DNA of 64,000 nt, taken from the NCBI GenBank assembly GCA_037442245.1, contig JBBIQR010000002.1:2727-66726 (forward strand). The letters are read 5' to 3'. Made by a program: the position numbers and the translations under genes. Positions within the stretch are counted from its first letter, which is position 1, and every line of letters begins with the position of its first letter. Source of the DNA: Candidatus Solibacter sp. GTDB taxonomy: Bacteria; Acidobacteriota; Terriglobia; Bryobacterales; Bryobacteraceae. Shown here piece after piece: positions 57,596 to 64,000 of this stretch. The notes beneath the pieces were generated by a model. It was not told the DNA's origin. It made no database searches and saw only the letters and a list, made by a program, of their open reading frames with translations.

Positions 57596-59461
57596 CTAAT
57601 AATTGAAAACGAAATCTACCTTGTTATAGAGCGACCAGAGCAGGTTCTCCGCGGACTGGCTGTGCATACCCGCCTTGAGCAGGTTCAGCGCGGCCGTCAT
57701 TTCGTCCTGCGACGGCGGACGCGAAAGCACGGTCAGGAACAATTGATTCACCAGTTGGCTGTCGGGCAGCGTCATGCTGCTGAACAGCAGGCTGCCCGCG
57801 GGTCCGGTGGACTTGACCCGGCTCATCACGAACGGATCGTTCATCAGGTTGAGCGCCTGCGCGATGGAGCCGTCTCCGCTGCGCACCTGATCGTCGCGGT
57901 TGCCGCGCAGGAACGAATCGAGGAACGCCGTCACCTCGCTGCCCGCATTCGGCGTGTTCAAAGGCTCGGGGAACTGCATCGCCCAGGTCAGCGCGCCGTT
58001 GGCAGCCACGGTGTAGCTGGGGAGCACGTTGCTCGATTGCACGATCGCGTCGTGGACCTCCTCCGCCCACAGGCGCCGCACGAATTTGCGGGCGTAGAGC
58101 GCGTCCCACGCCGGGTTGTACGTCCCCGGATAGCGCGAGGAGAGTTGGTACGCGTTTGAGTTCGCGATGGTCCGCATCAGCCACTTCAGGTCGTAGTTGT
58201 TGTCGATGAATTCCTGCGCGAGCGAGTTCAACAGGCGCGGGTTCGATGGCTGCAGCGTCCACGGCGACGGAGGCGGATTGTCGGGGTCCAGCCGCAGCGG
58301 GTCGAACTGGTCCGGCGGGTCCACCAGTCCCACGCCGAAGAAATAGGCCCACACGTAATTCACCGCCGCGCGCGCGAACTGGAAGTCCCCGGTCATGGAT
58401 CGCGCCAGCGCCACACGGTAGTTCTCCCCCGCCTTCGGCGTATCGCCGTTAAAGAAGTACACCGGAGCCACATTCTTTTCCGTGCCGACCGGTTGCCGCG
58501 CCGGACGGTTGCCGGTGGTCGTGTTCAGCGGGTAATCCGTGCGCGCCGCCGGCGTGTTGTCGTCCACGCTCCAATAGAAGACGTTCTTCACGCCGGTGCC
58601 CACCGTCCTCGCCTGCGTGTGGGAAAGGTAGGACGCCAACTGCCACGCCAGGTAGCGCGTCTGCTGACTGCCCCACAGACTCAGCGTGTCCAGGTGCCCG
58701 CGCCCGTTGTGGCACAGCAGGCAGTTGACGTGCGCCAGACCCAGAAACATGTTCGCCAGGTTCGCGGTCTGCTGATCGAAGATGTCCTGGATGGGTCCGC
58801 CGGTCACTACGCCGCCCACCAGCAGGTTCAGTTGACCGGCGGTGTAGCTGTCGCCGCCGGTCGCGGTGATCAGGTCGGCCGCGATCTGGTTGTACGGTTT
58901 GTCCGCCGCCAGCGCCGCGCGGATGTAGTCGTTGAACGCCTTCACGCCTTCGGGAAAACGGCGGATCTGCGCGTTCTGCGAGTTGTTCTGGTAGAGATCG
59001 CCCAGCCACATGGTCCATTTGTCGATCCACTCGGGGCGGGCAAGCAGTGTGTCGATCAGTTTCGCGCGCTTGTCCGGGCTCGTATCGGCGACGAACGCCA
59101 TGACCTGGCCGGGGGTAGGAATCCGCCCCGTCAGATCCAGGGTCACGCGGCGGATGAATTCGTAATCGGTGGTGGCAGGCGCCGGGTTCACCCCGGCGGC
59201 CTGCATCGCTCCGAAGAGGTAGTAATCGATCGTGCCCTGCTTTTCCGCGGTCGCGGTGCGCGATCCGGGAGGCGCCACGCGCGGCAGCACGGCTGCCACC
59301 GCACTGGTCAGCGCGCCGATCTCCCGCTGGTGCGGCGTACGCCCGCTCTTCGCGAGGGCCTGCGCGGCGAAGTGGTCGTGCCGCGCGCCGAAGTATTCGC
59401 AGTCCGGCTGCGCGAACAGTGGCGCCGCGAGAACGATCCCCAGTAAGAGTCTGCTTCCCAT
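57596..59461 (-). CDS. DUF1549/DUF1553 domain protein
   Basis: ATG 59461 with a signal peptide. DUF1549 hallmark FIRRVTLDLTGRIPTPGQVMAFVADTSPDKRAKLIDTLLARPEWIDKW. DUF1553-like C-terminus. The canonical partner, DUF1501, is 9 nt downstream. Confidence 0.85.
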   Translation of the reverse strand: MGSRLLLGIVLAAPLFAQPDCEYFGARHDHFAAQALAKSGRTPHQREIGALTSAVAAVLPRVAPPGSRTATAEKQGTIDYYLFGAMQAAGVNPAPATTDYEFIRRVTLDLTGRIPTPGQVMAFVADTSPDKRAKLIDTLLARPEWIDKWTMWLGDLYQNNSQNAQIRRFPEGVKAFNDYIRAALAADKPYNQIAADLITATGGDSYTAGQLNLLVGGVVTGGPIQDIFDQQTANLANMFLGLAHVNCLLCHNGRGHLDTLSLWGSQQTRYLAWQLASYLSHTQARTVGTGVKNVFYWSVDDNTPAARTDYPLNTTTGNRPARQPVGTEKNVAPVYFFNGDTPKAGENYRVALARSMTGDFQFARAAVNYVWAYFFGVGLVDPPDQFDPLRLDPDNPPPSPWTLQPSNPRLLNSLAQEFIDNNYDLKWLMRTIANSNAYQLSSRYPGTYNPAWDALYARKFVRRLWAEEVHDAIVQSSNVLPSYTVAANGALTWAMQFPEPLNTPNAGSEVTAFLDSFLRGNRDDQVRSGDGSIAQALNLMNDPFVMSRVKSTGPAGSLLFSSMTLPDSQLVNQLFLTVLSRPPSQDEMTAALNLLKAGMHSQSAENLLWSLYNKVDFVFNY

Positions 59462-59594
59462 ATCCTCTCCTCGAAACAGCCGTCTGAGCGAACAAACCCG
59501 CCGCCCCGTCAAAACACTCGATGAATTATTCTTAAGCGTTTCCGCGCCGGTACCATAGCCCGAAAGGTGGAGTGTTTCCCGCTATCATGAGTAA

Positions 59595-60812
59595 ATGACA
59601 GGCGCTCCTCCACTGACAGAGAACCATGCCCAGGCCGTCATGGATCTGGAAAAGCAGTATCTTCTCCAGAACTATTCGCGTTATCCGCTGGTGCTGGCGC
59701 GCGGCAAGGGCTGCTACCTCTTCGACCTCGAAGGGAAACGTTATCTCGATCTGATTTCCGGCATCGGCGTCAACGCCCTCGGCCACGCTCACCCGCGGCT
59801 GATGAAGGTGATCCGCGAGCAGGCCGGACTGCTGATCCACACCTCCAACCTCTACTACACGCGCTTCCAGGGCCAGTTGGCCGAGCGCCTGGCGCGCATG
59901 AGCGGATTACAGCGCAGCTTCTTCTGCAATTCCGGCACGGAGGCGATGGAGGGCGCGCTCAAGATGATCCACTCTCACGGCCGCGCCGTGAGTACGGAAA
60001 AGTACGAGGTCATCTCGCTCGAAAACTCGTTCCACGGGCGCAGCATGGGCGCGCTCTCCATCACCGGCCAGCCCAAGTACCGGCAGGATTTCGAGCCGCT
60101 CGTGCCGGGCGCGCGCTTCGTCCAGGCTAACGATATCGCCGGGCTCGAAGCGGCGTTCACGGAGCGCACCGCCGGTGTCGTGCTGGAGATGATCCAGGGC
60201 GAGGGCGGCATCTACCCGATCACCCACGAATTCGCCGCCAAGGCGCGCGAACTTGCCGACCGCCACAACGCGCTGCTCGTGGCCGACGAAACCCAGTGCG
60301 GCGTCGGCCGCCCCGGCGCCTACTTCGCCTATCAGCGCTCCACTCCGGTGATCCTGCCGGATGTGGTGGTCACGGCCAAGCCGCTGGCCTGCGGCATCCC
60401 GCTCGGCGTCATCATCACCAACGAAAGGGCGGCTGCTTCGATCAAGCCGGGCATGCACGGCAGCACGTTCGGGGGCGGCGCGCTCGCGTGCCGGGTCGCG
60501 CTCGAGTTTTGCGACATCCTCGACGAGTTGATGCCCGGCATCCAGCGCGTGGGAGACTACTTCCACGTGGTGCTGAACGAACTCGCGCGCAAGTACGGGT
60601 TCATCAAAGAGGTCCGCGCCTTCGGCCTGATGCTGGGAGTCGAGCTGACCGTTCCCGGCAAGCAGATCGTGCTGGATTGCATGGCGCAGGGACTGCTGCT
60701 CAACTGCACGCACGACACCGTGCTGCGCATGCTGCCGCCGTACATCATCACCGAGAAGGAAGTCGACCGGACGGCGAAGATCCTGAACAAGGTCTTCTCC
60801 AAGGTCAAGTGA
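59595..60812 (+). CDS. argD: Acetylornithine aminotransferase
   Basis: Class-III aminotransferase motifs: DLISGIGVNALGH, ADETQCGVGRPG, and the TAKPLACG PLP lysine. Confidence 0.85.
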   Translation: MTGAPPLTENHAQAVMDLEKQYLLQNYSRYPLVLARGKGCYLFDLEGKRYLDLISGIGVNALGHAHPRLMKVIREQAGLLIHTSNLYYTRFQGQLAERLARMSGLQRSFFCNSGTEAMEGALKMIHSHGRAVSTEKYEVISLENSFHGRSMGALSITGQPKYRQDFEPLVPGARFVQANDIAGLEAAFTERTAGVVLEMIQGEGGIYPITHEFAAKARELADRHNALLVADETQCGVGRPGAYFAYQRSTPVILPDVVVTAKPLACGIPLGVIITNERAAASIKPGMHGSTFGGGALACRVALEFCDILDELMPGIQRVGDYFHVVLNELARKYGFIKEVRAFGLMLGVELTVPGKQIVLDCMAQGLLLNCTHDTVLRMLPPYIITEKEVDRTAKILNKVFSKVK

Positions 60813-62254
60813 TGCGCGCGCCGATCCTGCTGCTCGCCGCCGCCTCGCTTGCCGCCGCGCAGACCAGTCCGGCGGCGCGGGCGGCGCGCGTGTGGCGCGC
60901 CGCGCACGAGCAGGCCATCCTCGACGAGTTCACGGGACTGCTCGCCAAACCCAATCTGGCGCGCGATACCGGGAACATTCGCAAGAACGCCGCCGCCGTC
61001 AGCGCCATGCTCGAAAAGCGCGGCGTCAAGACGCAATACCTGGAGGTCCCCGGCGCGCCGCCGGTGGTTTACGGCGAAATCCCCGCCGCCAACGCCGCCC
61101 GCACCATCATCTTCTACGCGCACTACGACGGGCAGCCGCTCGATCCCAAGGAGTGGGCCACTCCGCCCTGGGAGCCGGTGTTGAAGGACGGCCGCGTCTA
61201 TGCCCGCTCCGCCAGCGACGACAAGGCTCCCATCGAAGCCCTCTGCGCCGCGCTCGATGCTCTCGCCGCCGCCAGGATCCGGATCCGTTCGCGCATCAAG
61301 TTCGTCTTCGAGGGCGAGGAGGAAGCCGGGTCGCCGCACCTGGCGCAGATCCTCTCCCGCTACCAGGACATCCTCCAAAGCGACGTGTGGCTGATCTGCG
61401 ATGGTCCGGTGCATCAGAGCCGCGAACAGCAGATCGTCTTCGGAGCGCGCGGCGTCACCGGCTTCGACCTCACCACCTACGGCCCCATCCGCGAGTTGCA
61501 CAGCGGCCACTACGGCAACTGGGCGCCCAATCCCGCGATGGCCCTCGCGCGCCTGCTCGCCTCCATGAAGGACGACGACGGACACGTCCTGATCGACCAC
61601 TTCTACGACGGCATCGAGCCGCTCAACGCAACCGAAAAGCGCGCCATCGCGGAAGCTCCGGACGTGGACCGCGACCTGATGCGCGAACTCGCGCTGGGCC
61701 GCACCGAGGGCGGCGGCAAGAAGCTCGTCGAGTTGCTCAACTACCCGTCGTTCAATATCCGGGGCATGTCCAGCGCGCGCACCGGAGCCGTAGCGAGCAA
61801 CGTAATCCCCGCCACCGCCACCGCGAGTATCGATATCCGGCTGGTGAAAGGCATCACCGTCGAGCAGGCGCTCGACCGCGTGCGCGCTCACATCCGCCAG
61901 CAGGGGTACGAAATCGTGGCGGACGCCCCGGACGCCGCCACCCGCATGCGCTATCCGAAACTGGTCCGCATGAAGGTCGAAGCGGGTGGCTACAACGCCA
62001 GCCGCACGTCCATGGACCTGCCCATTTCGCAACTCGTCCTGCGCACCGCGGAAGCCGCGCGCGGACCGGTAGTGAAGCTGCCCACCATGGGCGGCAGCGT
62101 GCCCCTCTATATGATCGATGAGATTCTGCACGCGCCGTCCATCACGGTACCCATCGCGAATCACGACAACAACCAGCACAGCTTCAACGAGAACCTGCGG
62201 GTGCAGAACCTGTGGGACGGAATCGAGCTGATGGCCGCGCTGCTGGCGATGTGA
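60812..62254 (+). CDS. Secreted M20-family dipeptidase
   Basis: ATG 60812 overlaps the argD stop (TGATG). Signal MRAPILLLAAASLAAAQ. M20 metal ligand contexts HYDGQP, ASDDKAP and EGEEEAGS. Confidence 0.85.
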   Translation: MRAPILLLAAASLAAAQTSPAARAARVWRAAHEQAILDEFTGLLAKPNLARDTGNIRKNAAAVSAMLEKRGVKTQYLEVPGAPPVVYGEIPAANAARTIIFYAHYDGQPLDPKEWATPPWEPVLKDGRVYARSASDDKAPIEALCAALDALAAARIRIRSRIKFVFEGEEEAGSPHLAQILSRYQDILQSDVWLICDGPVHQSREQQIVFGARGVTGFDLTTYGPIRELHSGHYGNWAPNPAMALARLLASMKDDDGHVLIDHFYDGIEPLNATEKRAIAEAPDVDRDLMRELALGRTEGGGKKLVELLNYPSFNIRGMSSARTGAVASNVIPATATASIDIRLVKGITVEQALDRVRAHIRQQGYEIVADAPDAATRMRYPKLVRMKVEAGGYNASRTSMDLPISQLVLRTAEAARGPVVKLPTMGGSVPLYMIDEILHAPSITVPIANHDNNQHSFNENLRVQNLWDGIELMAALLAM

Positions 62255-62264
62255 TGGCGGCCTG

Positions 62265-62311
62265 ATAAAAAAGCCGCCGCCGGGACGGCTGACGCACCGC
62301 CCGGCGGCGGC
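62265..62311 (-). terminator. Rho-independent terminator (strong on the minus strand; shared by convergent genes)
   Basis: 12-bp stem gccgccgccggg (62273-62284) / cccggcggcggc (62300-62311). On the minus strand it is followed by TTTTTTAT (plus-strand A-run 62267-62272). Confidence 0.75.
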
Positions 62312-62317
62312 ATTCGA

Positions 62318-64000
62318 CTACACGCTGATGGTGAACGTGTAGTGCATCTGGTTGTAGTACGTGAGGTGCCCGTCGCAGTTCACGATGTTGCGCTTCCACA
62401 CCGTGAGCTCGATCAGGTAGCAGCACGTCTTGGGGAACACCTTCGACGCGTCGTCGATGTGCAGCCGCAGCGTGCCGCCGTTCCACACGGGACGCGGCGA
62501 GCTCTGCGGCGGATTCACCGCGTTCGAGTAGTCCGGCCCCTGCGGTCCGCCGGCAAGCACGCTGAGCGTGAACGATCCCACGTCCGCCGCGCTGAGCAGG
62601 TTCTTCACGCTGCCCAGGTCGTAGCGCAGGATCATTTCGTAGTGGTCCAGGTGGCCGTCGGGATCGGTGCAGAAGAAGTCCACCTCGAAGGGCGTGCCGG
62701 GCTTCAGCTGTTCGGCGCCGCACGGCGCCACGCTGGCGCCGCCGAGCCGCACCGCGTTGATGCCGCAATCGGACTCGGTGGTCGGGATGTGGACCGTACC
62801 CGGGACCGGAGGACCCACCACGCGGTTGTCGACGCGAAGCGTGAGCAGGTTATTCTCCGGATGGTTGCCGCAGCCGGGCATCACCTTGCGCGACGCGGGA
62901 TCGGGATCTCCGCCCGGCAGCGCCTTGTAGCCGGCGATGCGGAAATCGTAAGTGCCGTCGGGGATGGTCCCCGAGGTCTGGATCGAAGCCACCTGGTTCA
63001 CGTTGTAGAACCAGGTGCGCCCGCTCAGCGGATTGCCCCAATTGGCGGGCGGATGCAGGACCTCGTAGCGGTGGCGGCTCATGTAGACGTGCAGCGTGCC
63101 GAAGGTCAGCACCGGAAACGCCACATAGAACCACTGGTTGGGCCACGGCGACGTGGCGTCGAAGTAGCCGCGGGTCATCGCCTGCATCGCCGGCAGCGGC
63201 AGCGGCGCCCAAGCGGCGACGCCGTGCGGCGTGTACTCGATGCCGTAGAAATCGGCCTGCGCCGACGTGCCGAACTGCCCGCTCACGTATACCGCCTCGC
63301 TGAACGGGCGGTCGCGCCCGCCGGGGTCGGCGTAGCCCGCGGTGGCGCCGGTGTGTCCAATGCTGGTGATCGGAATCCCGGGATCGCCGCAGACGCCCGT
63401 GAGCACGACGCAATCGCCCTCCGGCGGCGGCGGCTCGTGGGGCACGCAACAGGCGTCGCGGTTCGCCACCAGGGTCACATTGAGCGTGGTGGGAATGTCC
63501 CAGCGGGTCTGGAAGATGTTCTCGTTGACGATGACCTTTGCCGGTCCGCCGCCGCAGGCCTGCGTGACCTTAAAGATGATGTCCGGCGAGCAGTCGAACC
63601 ACGGCGCCCACGGAAACCACGGCCACAGCCGCAGCCGTTCGAGTTCCGGCACGTGCGGCAGAACCGAGAGCAGACGTCCGCGATAGGCGGGAAGGAGCGA
63701 AGGCTCCAGCCGCCGGCTCACCGCCAGCGCAGGCTCCAGAATAGGATGCGCCGGCACTTCCCCGCCGGGGTGCGGGACCACCGGCTGCGGGATGTGGGCC
63801 ACCCAGTCGAGCGAAGGTTCCGGGTCCGGTTCGGGTACGTGAATCGCCGGATTCAGCGCCAGCACCGGGCGGATGCGGTCGATCAGCAGCGGATCCAGGC
63901 GCCAGTAGCGCAGGCGCCACCACCACCACGGCCACCAGTAACAGCACCAGCGGAACTTGATCGTGAAATGGCCGGAGGCGTCGGTGATCGCGGTGGGCCC
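62318..64000 (-). CDS. Large hypothetical protein, N-terminus outside window
   Basis: The frame stays open upstream of the track start (GTG 63865) to the window edge: GPTAITDASGHFTIKFRWCCYWWPWWWWRLRYWRLDPLLIDRIRPV-LALNPA... Normal composition otherwise, Cys- and Pro-rich, and no motif recognised. Confidence 0.65.
   Translation of the reverse strand, partial: GPTAITDASGHFTIKFRWCCYWWPWWWWRLRYWRLDPLLIDRIRPVLALNPAIHVPEPDPEPSLDWVAHIPQPVVPHPGGEVPAHPILEPALAVSRRLEPSLLPAYRGRLLSVLPHVPELERLRLWPWFPWAPWFDCSPDIIFKVTQACGGGPAKVIVNENIFQTRWDIPTTLNVTLVANRDACCVPHEPPPPEGDCVVLTGVCGDPGIPITSIGHTGATAGYADPGGRDRPFSEAVYVSGQFGTSAQADFYGIEYTPHGVAAWAPLPLPAMQAMTRGYFDATSPWPNQWFYVAFPVLTFGTLHVYMSRHRYEVLHPPANWGNPLSGRTWFYNVNQVASIQTSGTIPDGTYDFRIAGYKALPGGDPDPASRKVMPGCGNHPENNLLTLRVDNRVVGPPVPGTVHIPTTESDCGINAVRLGGASVAPCGAEQLKPGTPFEVDFFCTDPDGHLDHYEMILRYDLGSVKNLLSAADVGSFTLSVLAGGPQGPDYSNAVNPPQSSPRPVWNGGTLRLHIDDASKVFPKTCCYLIELTVWKRNIVNCDGHLTYYNQMHYTFTISV

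Noticed and set aside
59522-59535. TGAATTATTCTTAA upstream of argD, considered as an ARG box.
   Set aside because: Only the left half-site (TGAAT) matches and the right half is poor. It is too weak to call without a genome-wide ArgR motif model.

Overview
High-G+C window (mid-60s % by eye). Its gene content is typical of a soil Acidobacterium of the Solibacter type; this is inferred from gene families only, with no search run. About 50 genes are supportable.

Gene content, left to right:
- Flagellar filament locus: two tandem giant flagellin paralogs (the first cut by the window edge), fliD, and sigma-28-type promoters.
- LacI regulator with a perfect palindromic operator, a PLP-dependent dehydratase, and a conserved unknown.
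- Cys-type sulfatase with its radical-SAM maturase.
- argC-argB-GNAT operon with ARG-box-like sites.
- A roughly 1.2 kb lower-G+C islet carrying a lone NYN-domain gene plus about 0.5 kb of structured non-coding DNA.
- thrC translationally coupled to tldD-pmbA.
- A signal-peptide/TM-anchored small protein, a C39-like peptidase and a TPR/outer-membrane protein.
- Orphan lpxA.
- czc/cus-type RND efflux operon preceded by a small His/Cys-rich exported protein.
- Polysaccharide lyase with a beta-helix domain.
- DUF1549/1553-DUF1501-parvulin-Zn-ribbon operon.
- argD, an M20 peptidase, and a large unknown protein running off the right edge.

Most interesting signals:
1. A secreted peroxiredoxin has an in-frame TGA exactly at the peroxidatic-Cys position, followed by a SECIS-like hairpin. 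This is a probable selenoprotein that the ORF track splits.
2. A module of multiheme c-type cytochrome (with TPR) followed by an FG-GAP/ASPIC-UnbV (CRTAC1-like) beta-propeller protein occurs twice. A third such propeller sits immediately downstream of the peroxiredoxin. In the 41-55 kb super-locus these are joined to a TonB-dependent receptor, a large TPR protein and the seleno-peroxiredoxin, around a divergent promoter with an inverted repeat.
3. The uncharacterised small-protein/C39-peptidase/TPR trio.

All coordinates, motif matches and repeat boundaries were read by eye. No database search, folding or statistics were run.
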